64,000 nucleotides of DNA from NCBI GenBank assembly GCA_964370865.1, contig CAYJKF010000001.1:111766-175765 (forward strand), given 5' to 3'. The position numbers and the translations under genes were made by a program. The stretch comes from an uncultured Candidatus Saccharibacteria bacterium. Lineage in GTDB: Bacteria > Patescibacteriota > WWE3 > 2-01-FULL-39-13. The notes beneath the pieces were generated by a model, which was given only the letters and a program-made list of their open reading frames with translations, was not told the origin of the DNA and did not search any database. Of the stretch, positions 36,447-45,313 are shown in pieces (position 1 is the first letter of the stretch; every line of letters starts with the position of its first letter).

Positions 36447-38561
36447 ATGTTAGGAATATTTGGGAAGAAAAAACAAGAGAAACCAAAAACTAATATTCCA
36501 AGCGATATGGAACAACCCGAAAATGTATCGAAAGCACTCTTAAAGGGAATTCCAGGGGTAAAAGATATAATCGCACCAAGCGCAATTGAAGTTGATTATA
36601 ATCATATAAAAATTGGAGATAAATATTTCAGAACCCTATTCATTTCTGCATACCCAAGATTCTTAGGCGCAAACTGGCTAGAACCAATAATAAACTTCAA
36701 TCATACAATGAGCATTTCAATGTTTTATTATCCAGTAAATGCGAGAAATGTTTTAGATGATATGAGAAGAAAAATCGCAGAAATGGAAGCCTCCATAAAC
36801 ATTGCGCGCGACAAAGGTAAAGTTGTAGATCCTGGAATTCAAGTGGCTCTGGAAGATGCGAAATCGCTACAGGAACAACTAGTAAAAGGGATTGAAAGAT
36901 TTTTTCACTATTCGTTCTATGTAACGTTTTCAGCCGATTCCTTAGAGGAACTAAAGGACGTATCTTATCAAGTTGAATCAACATTAGGGTCAATGGGACT
37001 GATGTCGAAAAAAGCTTCCCTTGATATGGAAAATGCTTTTAAAAGCACCCTTCCTCTTTGTTTAGATAAACTAAAAATAATTCGAAACATGGATACTACT
37101 TCCGTGGCTACAACCTTTCCGTTTACATCCAGCGATTTAACGGCGAATGAAGGAATTTTATATGGTGTAAATAAACATAACAGATCATTGGTTATTTTTG
37201 ATCGATTTAGTCTTGAGAACTACAACACTGTAGTCTTTGCCAAATCAGGTTCTGGTAAATCATATCTAGTGAAACTTGAAGCACTGAGATATTTGCTATT
37301 TGGCGTGGATATTATCGCCATAGATCCCGAAACTGAATACAGAAGATTATGCGAAGCTGTTGGGGGAGACTATATAGACTTCAATATAAAAAGTCAATCT
37401 AAGATAAATCCTTTTGAATTACCAGTTGTCACTGATACAGAAGATCAGTTAAGTCTTAAAATTTTAAGCCTTCATGCTCTTTTTAAAATTATGTTAGGAG
37501 CACTCTCCCCTGCAGAATCATCTATTCTGGATAGAGCCTTGGTAGATGTATATAGACTAAAAGGCATTACACAGGATGCTGCCACACAGAAAAATGAGCC
37601 TCCTCTAATGGAAGATTTATATAAAGTTCTACTTGCCATGGATGAACCAGAGTCTAAAGCTATTTCCGAGAGACTCGAAAGATTTATAAAGGGCTCCTTA
37701 GCAGGTGTATTTGATCAACGTTCAAATATCAATTTAGATAATAACTTCACTGCATTTTCGATTCGAAACCTTGAGGATGTATTAAGGCCAATCGCAATGT
37801 TTATGATTTTGGATTTTATTTGGACAAAGGTTAAATATGATCTCAAAAAACGTATATTAATTTTGGATGAGGCCTGGACGTTAATGCAATATCCTGATTC
37901 GGCTGCATATGTTTATTCATTAGCGAAAAGAGCCCGAAAATATTTCTTAGGATTAACAACTATTACTCAAGATGTTGCCGACTTCTTAGGTTCAGATTAT
38001 GGAAAAGCTGTTTTAAATAACTCCTCAATTCAAATACTACTAAAACAACATCCAGCCGCAATCGATAAAGTTGCTGAAGTCTTTTACTTGTCAGCAGGAG
38101 AAAGAAATTTCTTGCTTTCAGCAGGTGTTGGCGAGGGATTATTCTTTGCTGGAACCAACCACGTGGCAATTCAATTCAAGGCTTCGAAACAAGAACATTT
38201 GTTAATTACTACAAATCCTCAGGAAGTTGCGAAAATCGATGCTGATAAAAGCTTTAATGATTCACTAAAAACCGTAGATGAAAAAAACCAAACTAATGCT
38301 CCTCAGCAAGTGGGGATAGCTAATAAATATCAAATTATTGAACAGATTCCGCAACAAACACCAGTAGAAACCAATAGTGAAGTTATTGATCCTTTCGATA
38401 AAATTAGTCCCGTCTCAACTTCAGATGAGACTAAACCTATAAGCAATGCCGGCATTACTCCAATGCCAAATCCCTACTCTGGAATAACTGGAGATGACAG
38501 TGAAAATTATAAATCTGGAACAATTATTCTAAACGAAAGAAATTCAAGACCTACGGCGTAA
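36447..38561 (+). CDS. VirB4/PrgJ-like conjugation ATPase, ATPase body (Walker A/B) with C-terminal low-complexity tail
   Basis: IKIGDKYFRTLFISAYPRFLGANWLEPIINF (VirB4 mid-region), Walker A FAKSGSGKSY, Walker B RILILDEAW, then a ~100-aa Pro/Thr/Asn-rich tail. AGGA ribosome-binding site 7 nt upstream of the ATG. Confidence 0.7.
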   Translation: MLGIFGKKKQEKPKTNIPSDMEQPENVSKALLKGIPGVKDIIAPSAIEVDYNHIKIGDKYFRTLFISAYPRFLGANWLEPIINFNHTMSISMFYYPVNARNVLDDMRRKIAEMEASINIARDKGKVVDPGIQVALEDAKSLQEQLVKGIERFFHYSFYVTFSADSLEELKDVSYQVESTLGSMGLMSKKASLDMENAFKSTLPLCLDKLKIIRNMDTTSVATTFPFTSSDLTANEGILYGVNKHNRSLVIFDRFSLENYNTVVFAKSGSGKSYLVKLEALRYLLFGVDIIAIDPETEYRRLCEAVGGDYIDFNIKSQSKINPFELPVVTDTEDQLSLKILSLHALFKIMLGALSPAESSILDRALVDVYRLKGITQDAATQKNEPPLMEDLYKVLLAMDEPESKAISERLERFIKGSLAGVFDQRSNINLDNNFTAFSIRNLEDVLRPIAMFMILDFIWTKVKYDLKKRILILDEAWTLMQYPDSAAYVYSLAKRARKYFLGLTTITQDVADFLGSDYGKAVLNNSSIQILLKQHPAAIDKVAEVFYLSAGERNFLLSAGVGEGLFFAGTNHVAIQFKASKQEHLLITTNPQEVAKIDADKSFNDSLKTVDEKNQTNAPQQVGIANKYQIIEQIPQQTPVETNSEVIDPFDKISPVSTSDETKPISNAGITPMPNPYSGITGDDSENYKSGTIILNERNSRPTA

Positions 38562-39042
38562 TATTAATATTTTCTCCTACTTTTAGTCCTAACTTCTGAA
38601 CTTGACCCGCGTTTAATTCTAAAACGAATCTAGCAGGACTTGTTGGTACAATGCTATGACATAAAGCATCTACTGTAGATTCACACGGTTTTGCATTTTC
38701 TTTTATAAAAACAACTTTTCCCTCCTCATTAATCCAAATAATATCAAGTGCTATTAGGGTGTTTTTCATCCAAAATGGATATATTGAGGTGGACTCAAAT
38801 ATAAAAAGCATTCCTGCCTTTTCATCCATTTCTTTAACATGCATTAGCCCTCTTTGCCGTTTATCGTCATCATCAACAATCCATATATTATAGTTTTGTT
38901 CATTGATGGATATAGATTTAGTTGGAAGGCCGGATAAATAGGTATCGTCGGGTTTAATTTTATTTATTTTAAAATAGGTTGTGGATAAATAGAAAACACA
39001 CGCCACAACAACGAGTGTACATGCAATATAAATTACGTTCAT
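38551..39042 (-). CDS. DUF192-family protein (COG1430-like), membrane-anchored
   Basis: 163 aa. N-terminal TM, then IWIVDDDDKRQRGLMHV...GMLFIFE...YPFWMKNTLIALDIIWINEEGKVVFI, the DUF192 signature. Confidence 0.55.
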   Translation of the reverse strand: MNVIYIACTLVVVACVFYLSTTYFKINKIKPDDTYLSGLPTKSISINEQNYNIWIVDDDDKRQRGLMHVKEMDEKAGMLFIFESTSIYPFWMKNTLIALDIIWINEEGKVVFIKENAKPCESTVDALCHSIVPTSPARFVLELNAGQVQKLGLKVGENINITP

Positions 39043-39047
39043 TATTA

Positions 39048-39407
39048 CTATAATACCTGATTTGAAACTTCTTGGGATTCGATTGAAACAATTCCTTTTA
39101 GTGCTTTGAGGGCTTTTTCAATTTGTTCGTATTTGAGGTTGGTATTTCCTGTAAGTAAATCTACGTATATAAAGGAATGCTCTGGCCAAGTATGCAAAAC
39201 CAAACTAGACTCCGATAAAATGTATACTAAAGTTTCTCCTTGAATGGGATAAGCATAGTAGCATTTTTCAACAACACTTAATTGCGCTTCTTTTGAGATA
39301 GTATCGGCTAATAAATATAAGGCTTCCTTTGAATATTTATATTCCGAAGAAGTAGTGATTTTTATGACCGAATGATCAATTTTGATGTGTGTAGATGCTT
39401 TTTCCAT
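39048..39407 (-). CDS. speH: S-adenosylmethionine decarboxylase proenzyme (SpeH-type, pyruvoyl)
   Basis: ESSLVLHTWPEHSFIYVDLLTGN matches the class-1 AdoMetDC core (ES|S processing site, HTWPE). The start is set at MEKASTHIKID. The ORF-track start at 39503 would overlap the upstream gene by 128 nt. Confidence 0.65.
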   Translation of the reverse strand: MEKASTHIKIDHSVIKITTSSEYKYSKEALYLLADTISKEAQLSVVEKCYYAYPIQGETLVYILSESSLVLHTWPEHSFIYVDLLTGNTNLKYEQIEKALKALKGIVSIESQEVSNQVL

Positions 39408-40359
39408 TATATTGTCCTTTGACGAGTGGTTCTGTAGACGGAGTAACGTCGCAAACGTACAAATTACTTGAAGATCCAATACTTTCGGCTCCTTTATATA
39501 CATTAAACCTGTCGAGTGAATATCTTATCATAAGCCCACTGTCGGTTACAACCTTCTGGATTTTGAGGAATTTCTCCCTAGAAAGCTCACTATTACCGTA
39601 ACAGAAATAAATTCTTGAGGCTTTGTTATGAAAATCTAGTGCCTGAATTGCCCGGGAAAGAAATATCTTTATTCCCTCTTCTGTATAAGGTGGATCGGTA
39701 AAAACCACATCGAACTGACTTTTCAAATCTGTAGGAAAATTATCTTTAACGTCTCCTTTTATGATTTTAATTGGTAAGTTGAAACCAGCGGCATGTGTTT
39801 TTATAGAATTAATAACAAGATCATCTATTTCAAACACGCTAACTTGCTCGGCTTCATTCAATATACTTACAGCAACCGAAGTATAATCATCATCCCCAAG
39901 AAATAAAACTCGTTTACCCGACAAATCAAAATTCTTACTCATGTATAAAGCTCGTTTAGTAATAGTTTCGGAAGTTGCGGCAAATTGGTCGAACTCTCTT
40001 TTATCATGGACTTGAGACTTTTCCCTAATATCCTTTATTGTGTTATAGAGCTCTGTACTTTCAACATTTTCAATCTTTACGGACTGTCGGTTATCGGATA
40101 ATGTGGCTAAACTTTGCGCGACTTTTTTACCGTATTCGCTCAGCATAGTTTGAGGAACGATCTTCTCGAACATAGGACTTAATTCTTTTTTGATTAAAGT
40201 TAGACTTTGCAAAGATACGCCAGTTGATTGGATTACTTCTTTATTAACTAGACTACCTTGTTTAAAAAGCAGCACGAATAACTCCACAAGCTGGGAAAAA
40301 GGAATCCCAGATTTTTTAGAAAATCCTAATAAATCGGCGTTTACAAGTGGTTTTGCCAT
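39376..40359 (-). CDS. DUF43/BpsA-like aminopropyltransferase (polyamine biosynthesis)
   Basis: 327 aa. The FLGDDDYTSVAV (GDDD motif) and FTDPPYT segments resemble the DUF43 branched-polyamine synthase family. Its 3' end overlaps speH by ~32 nt. Confidence 0.5.
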   Translation of the reverse strand: MAKPLVNADLLGFSKKSGIPFSQLVELFVLLFKQGSLVNKEVIQSTGVSLQSLTLIKKELSPMFEKIVPQTMLSEYGKKVAQSLATLSDNRQSVKIENVESTELYNTIKDIREKSQVHDKREFDQFAATSETITKRALYMSKNFDLSGKRVLFLGDDDYTSVAVSILNEAEQVSVFEIDDLVINSIKTHAAGFNLPIKIIKGDVKDNFPTDLKSQFDVVFTDPPYTEEGIKIFLSRAIQALDFHNKASRIYFCYGNSELSREKFLKIQKVVTDSGLMIRYSLDRFNVYKGAESIGSSSNLYVCDVTPSTEPLVKGQYNGKSIYTHQN

Positions 40360-40426
40360 TAGGCTATTATAACGGTGCTAAGCCTGTTTGTCATATCGTT
40401 TGGATAATACGCTATAATTAGTAGGC

Positions 40427-41023
40427 ATGAATAACAAAAACATACCACTAATCTTAATACTTGGGTTAATAGTGTTAGTATCCGTTTTAATTGCTTGGAC
40501 AAATAGAGGAATCAAAGGAGATGTAACAATTCAGCCAGTCGAGAATTCCGTAAATCAATTTAACTCCACTCCAACTTCGGATAAAAATGTCGGGGAGGTT
40601 TTAAAATCAAATCCTGAATTTTCTAAATTCGTTGAGCTATTAGAATCACAAAATATGGTGTCCGCTTTAGAGGGTCTTGGACCATTTACTGTATTGGCTC
40701 CAACGAATCAGGCTTTTGATAATGTTAATCCATTAGCCTGGGCAGAACTTGTAAAAGATCAAGAAGACTTGGTCGCGGTAATCGGATATCACTTCTTACC
40801 ACAAATTGTGACGACAAGTACTATTAACTCTTTACCTGAACTAATAACGATTTCGAACAGGGAAATACAGGTAACTAATAATTTAGGTGGAAATTCTTTG
40901 CTAAACGGCGCAGAAATCGTAACTCCTAACCAACCTGCATCAAATGGAATCGTTCATGGAATCGATACGGTTCTTATACCACAAGATGAAGACGAAGAGG
41001 ATGTCGGCGAGCTTGAACTGTAA
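40427..41023 (+). CDS. fasciclin (FAS1) domain protein, secreted/membrane-anchored
   Basis: 198 aa. N-terminal TM/signal, then GPFTVLAPTNQAFDNV and IVHGIDTVLIP, the FAS1 signatures. Acidic tail. Confidence 0.7.
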   Translation: MNNKNIPLILILGLIVLVSVLIAWTNRGIKGDVTIQPVENSVNQFNSTPTSDKNVGEVLKSNPEFSKFVELLESQNMVSALEGLGPFTVLAPTNQAFDNVNPLAWAELVKDQEDLVAVIGYHFLPQIVTTSTINSLPELITISNREIQVTNNLGGNSLLNGAEIVTPNQPASNGIVHGIDTVLIPQDEDEEDVGELEL

Positions 41024-41038
41024 GAACTACTCGTTAAG

Positions 41039-42106
41039 TTAAAAACTTATAGCGTCTACAATTCTTCCCCAAAAGCTTTGAAGGCTTTCTAGCTCTTGCC
41101 CAGTTTCGGCATCATAAGTGATTAAGGTATCTATTCTCGTCTCGAAAAGACCTAATACGCTTTGTGCTTTTTCAGCAGTCAATTCATATGCGATTTTTCC
41201 GTCTTTTTCAACGATTTCAACGCTTGAGACCTCGATCGAATCATCCGACTCTGACACTTTGCTTAATATTGCGTCTGGTAAATATTGGAGAGATTTTTCC
41301 CCACTATCTGTTAAAAGCAATATATCTCCAGTCGCGTCATCTACAGTTAATGGCAATCTAACTCTAACTTTTTTGCCCCTGTGCTCCAATTCATATGTCT
41401 CATCATCTTCACTTCTAATTAATACATCGTCATCCTCAGGTTCTGATTCATCTTCTGTTTCGTCCTCTAACTCATCTTCTAGCTCATCATTATCACTCGT
41501 TCTGCCAATTACCCTAACATAATTATGATTCTCATCATATTTAACTTTCGTAATACTCTGGTCCTCGTTTTTAATCATGAGTCTAAATTCTTCTCCATCC
41601 TTTGATTTGTACTTAATTTCGGATACTTTACCACCATTCTCTGAAAACACTTTGGCTTGATACTCTTGTTCCGAGTTACCGTTTTCGTCTTTTGCTTTAT
41701 ACTCTTCGATAACTTTACCGTTTACTCCATAGGTTTTAGTCTCGATTTCCACTTTTCCGTTATCTTCAACCTTTTTCTTTGTAACAGTGCGGGTTCCATC
41801 TTGGTTTACTTTAGTAGTTCGAGTCTCTTTTTGCTCGTCATCATCTCTTTCATCTTCATCATTGTCATCATCTTCATCGTCATCATCTTCATCCCTACCA
41901 TTACGCTCACCTTCGTTTTCATCATCCTCATCTTCGTCATCGTCTTCCTCATCTTCCTCAGACTCATCCTCGTCACCAAGGACGTAGCCGAAAAAAGTAA
42001 AAGCCAAGGCTTTTGAGGGAAACATTGACCTGAATAAAATTGCCGGACTTAAAATAAGAGCAATTGAAATTACTAGGTAAAACACGAGATCTTTAAATTT
42101 CATCAT
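41039..42106 (-). CDS. secreted hyper-acidic (Asp/Glu-repeat) protein
   Basis: 355 aa. N-terminal signal/TM, then ~70 residues of nearly pure D/E (DEDESEEDEEDDDEDEDDENEGE...DDDDEDDDNDEDERDDDEQ), a beta-rich middle, and a second acidic block. Confidence 0.45.
   Translation of the reverse strand: MMKFKDLVFYLVISIALILSPAILFRSMFPSKALAFTFFGYVLGDEDESEEDEEDDDEDEDDENEGERNGRDEDDDDEDDDNDEDERDDDEQKETRTTKVNQDGTRTVTKKKVEDNGKVEIETKTYGVNGKVIEEYKAKDENGNSEQEYQAKVFSENGGKVSEIKYKSKDGEEFRLMIKNEDQSITKVKYDENHNYVRVIGRTSDNDELEDELEDETEDESEPEDDDVLIRSEDDETYELEHRGKKVRVRLPLTVDDATGDILLLTDSGEKSLQYLPDAILSKVSESDDSIEVSSVEIVEKDGKIAYELTAEKAQSVLGLFETRIDTLITYDAETGQELESLQSFWGRIVDAISF
41790..41975. repeat. GAT/GAA/GAC codon-repeat low-complexity DNA (encodes D/E tract)
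   Basis: Imperfect trinucleotide repeats (gatgatgaagatgacgaagat...). They produce spurious Ser/Ile-rich antisense ORFs (41657..42016, 41787..41987). Confidence 0.5.
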
Positions 42107-42233
42107 ATTTTTATACTATATGAACTGATTTCTATGTCAAATCAGTTTTTGGGTTTTCAAAATATTATTTATAGTTAGGAGTATTCCATATGTTTTTAAG
42201 AATAGCCGACCGAGGAATGCTATAATCGGTATC

Positions 42234-43019
42234 ATGGAAACCGATGATTGGAACATCAAGGTAGATCGAATTAAGAAAAAAATAATTGAGGCAGGAAATA
42301 TCGGATTACAACATTTTAGAAACCATCCAATAAACGCAATTGAGAAAACTACTTTCTATGAAATTGTCACTGAACAAGATATAGAAATGGAAGACATTAT
42401 AAAAAAAGAAATCTTAAAGAATTTTCCAAGTGCATTTATATTAGCCGAAGAATCTCCGACCTAAGTCGAAGGAAATTTTTGGACAGTCGATCCCCTAGAT
42501 GGCACGAGCTATTACCAAAGAGGATTATCAGACTGGTCTGTTAATGTGGCTTATATAAAAAACAAAGACGTCGTTTTAGCCATAACATACTGCCCAGTTA
42601 CTAAAGAGTTATTTTATTCTGAAAAAGGAAAAGGTGCTTATCTTAACGGAAAAAGAATTCATGTGTCTGATACTACTGAAATGAAAAAAGGATGCTTCTT
42701 CTTTGGATATAATTACCTTCGAAAGTTTAATAATTCTAAATCAATTAAATTTAGGTCTGGATTTCGTACCATCTGGAGTACAGGGTCAACTGCATTAGCA
42801 TTAGCAAACTTGGCAGCTGGAAGAGTTGATGTCGGAATTCAAATCAACCAATCTTTTTGGGATATAACTGGAATGCTTCATGTTACAGAAGCCGGAGGTC
42901 GCTTTACGAATTGGAAAAATGGGAAAAAATTCGAATACTCCGCTTCGCAGATAAACAATTTCTGTGCGACAAATGGAAAGCTCCATCCCTTAGTCATGGA
43001 TTCACTCGCGGAAAAATAA
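42234..43019 (+). pseudogene. inositol-monophosphatase-family (SuhB/CysQ-like) gene interrupted by one in-frame TAA
   Basis: ORFs 42234..42464 and 42546..43019 are in the same frame. Together they read ...ILAEESPT*VEGNFWTVDPLDGTSYY...SFWDITGMLHVTEAGG, with the IMPase motifs (EE metal site, WxVDPLDGT, WD..G...EAGG) on both sides of the TAA at 42462-42464. No other stop intervenes. Confidence 0.6.
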
Positions 43020-43117
43020 CTCCATATGTGGTGGGCAGAACTGAATGAAGTGTCGAACTGAAAATAGGTTGGATCAATTCTAAAGAGCACCCAGAAATAT
43101 TTCTTAAAAACTTATAA

Positions 43118-43924
43118 TTATTTATCTTGAGTGAAATTCATCGTTCCAATAATTTTTTCGAGCTCATCTATTGAATTTTTGTTTTCTGTGTTATTCTCAA
43201 TGCTGAATACATAAAGTGTATTAAACAATTTCTCTTCGTGTATTAATAGATAATATCTTTTAATATTATCTGCATATTTAATATCCATAACCATTACGTC
43301 TTTTCCTTGTATTTTGAAAACTCTTTTTTGTGTGACTTCCCCATTTTCCATATCCACTAAAGGTTCTGGAGTACTGAATTCAAAACCATAGTCAGCTTTA
43401 TACGAATCTAATAATGAATACTCAGTGGTTGTTAACTGGAGAAATATCTCATTTTGTTTACTTTCATTAAATAAAAAATTCATCCCTTCCGCACCAGCAA
43501 TTCTTGCCGTCCAATCAGATGGATAAATCAAGCTATAGCCACTAACTTTATATCCATCTAAAGGTACTGTTACTTTATTTTTAAATTCATCGGCTTTTTC
43601 ATAACAATACATTTCGGGTTGCTGACAATTTAACATTCCACTTTTATCAATAGCATCATTAACAACCTCATTTGTAGATATAGTTACTACGTTTTCATCA
43701 ATTGTGTTTGTTTCAGCTTTATTGGGAACTATTAGCGAATTGCTACACGAGAGTTCTACTAACTTAGGTATAGTTATAAGACTTTGATATTTCATACCAA
43801 AATAAAAGCCGATAAAGGGCATTAAGATAAATATTATCAAAGCTAATGTCTTGGACAATGGAGTAACTTTTGTAAAATTATATTTTAAGTCTTTATGAAA
43901 ACTTTCGTCAGTACTATTAACCAT
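43118..43924 (-). CDS. hypothetical membrane-anchored protein
   Basis: 268 aa. N-terminal TM LALIIFILMPFIGFYFGM, then an extracytoplasmic domain. No motif. Confidence 0.4.
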   Translation of the reverse strand: MVNSTDESFHKDLKYNFTKVTPLSKTLALIIFILMPFIGFYFGMKYQSLITIPKLVELSCSNSLIVPNKAETNTIDENVVTISTNEVVNDAIDKSGMLNCQQPEMYCYEKADEFKNKVTVPLDGYKVSGYSLIYPSDWTARIAGAEGMNFLFNESKQNEIFLQLTTTEYSLLDSYKADYGFEFSTPEPLVDMENGEVTQKRVFKIQGKDVMVMDIKYADNIKRYYLLIHEEKLFNTLYVFSIENNTENKNSIDELEKIIGTMNFTQDK

Positions 43925-43967
43925 TACTATAAATATAACCTACTTTATATTTAATGGTCAAAGAGCC

Positions 43968-44044
43968 TGGTGGGCGGACATGGACTCGAACCATGAACCT
44001 CCAAGGTATAAGCTTGATGCTCTAACCAGTTGAGCTATCCGCCC
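43968..44044 (-). tRNA. tRNA with anticodon UAU (tRNA-Ile reading AUA), CCA encoded
   Basis: Reverse complement folds as acceptor GGGCGGA/TCCGCCC, D-arm GCTC-AACTGGTTA-GAGC, anticodon arm TCAAG-CTTATAC-CTTGG (U33, TAT, A37), T-arm CATGG-TTCGAGT-CCATG, discriminator A, CCA. Confidence 0.65.
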
Positions 44045-44182
44045 GTTGAAGGATTGATAGAGTGATTTGCTTGAAGGTATACCTTTAGCTCAACTTAGAC
44101 CAAGCACGAATATTTTAACACGAAGAAATGTCTAGTAGTATAAGGAAATCAAAAGGGCTAAGTGGAATTACTGCTCTAATTT

Positions 44183-45268
44183 CTACTCATCAATAGATGT
44201 AACAAATCGAGTTTTCCCTTCTTTGCTCTGGATAGTAATGGCACGGCTTTGCATAGAATCTAGAACCTGATTTATCCCAACATAGTTATCATATCTGGCT
44301 CCCGCCCAATCAGAAATATAATCCCAAGAAGTCGAACCAGGTTTTTTATAAATCGATGCAATCCCCAATTTTGGAAGATCGGTAATACTCTTTGAATAAA
44401 TTGCGTCGGATTTTAGATTTTGAATATTTCCTTCTGAAAATTCTTTCATCTGGTCTGAAAAAACCTTGGAATTAGATATTATTAAAAATTTAGAATCATC
44501 CATTGAAGCCGTGATAATTGTGTAGGCAGCGTATTTATTTTTAGGGTTCTCTTTATACTTATTAAAAGTAGCCACCCTATCGTTTACAAATTGTTCATCT
44601 TTATACTTAAGAACGATTCCCCATCTATCAAAATTATTATCAGGAAAGAGAAAAGCAAACTCTTTATCGAAGTAAACATCAAAATCGTCGTCGGAAATAT
44701 CAAAGTCTTTTTTTATCTCTTCCAACATTTGATCATGTCCTAAAATATTTTTAAGGAAATGCCTAAAATCAAAAAGCTCTGCGAGAACATTTATGTCAGC
44801 TCCGGCAAAATTGGCATAAGCTACTGTTTCAAAGTTACCTTCTTTCAAATCCATTTCTAAATCGATACTTCTTTCATCACCGACTATTTGAACTAGATTT
44901 AAATCTTCAGTGTTTAAGGCAGAATTAAGTGAAGGTTTTTTTAAATCATCTTTAACAGGAGTCATATACGAACGACCCATATAGAAAAAGTAGTAAGCAC
45001 CGAGTGCAGCAGTGGTCGCAAATAATAAAAATAAGAATATCGGAATTAGGAATTTTAATTTTTTGCGGGAAGATACACGATTGTCTTGGGGTTTATTTGT
45101 AATTAAATCAACATTCGAACCAACCATTTGTTCAAAGATGGATTTAACCTCTGTTTTAGGACTACCATCTAAATCATCTCGTTTCTCTAAATATCCGCAA
45201 TTATGACAAAAATCAGTCTTTTTAATGGCTTTACAACTAGGGCAATAATCGTGTACTCCAATTTCCAT
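44183..45268 (-). CDS. zinc-ribbon / TM-anchored hypothetical protein
   Basis: 361 aa. N-terminal CPSCKAIKKTDFCHNCGY (C4 zinc ribbon), TM helix IPIFLFLLFATTAALGAYYFFY, and a large extracytoplasmic domain. Confidence 0.4.
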   Translation of the reverse strand: MEIGVHDYCPSCKAIKKTDFCHNCGYLEKRDDLDGSPKTEVKSIFEQMVGSNVDLITNKPQDNRVSSRKKLKFLIPIFLFLLFATTAALGAYYFFYMGRSYMTPVKDDLKKPSLNSALNTEDLNLVQIVGDERSIDLEMDLKEGNFETVAYANFAGADINVLAELFDFRHFLKNILGHDQMLEEIKKDFDISDDDFDVYFDKEFAFLFPDNNFDRWGIVLKYKDEQFVNDRVATFNKYKENPKNKYAAYTIITASMDDSKFLIISNSKVFSDQMKEFSEGNIQNLKSDAIYSKSITDLPKLGIASIYKKPGSTSWDYISDWAGARYDNYVGINQVLDSMQSRAITIQSKEGKTRFVTSIDE

Positions 45269-45313
45269 ACCTGTATTCTTTATTAATAGGTGTAAAGTGT
45301 CAACCTTAGTGAG

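Noticed and set aside
41118-42016. Ser-rich and Ile/Phe-rich plus-strand ORFs (41118..41522, 41657..42016, 41787..41987)
   Set aside because: They are antisense translations of the GAN-repeat region of the acidic protein gene. Their composition is exactly that expected from reverse-complemented D/E codons.
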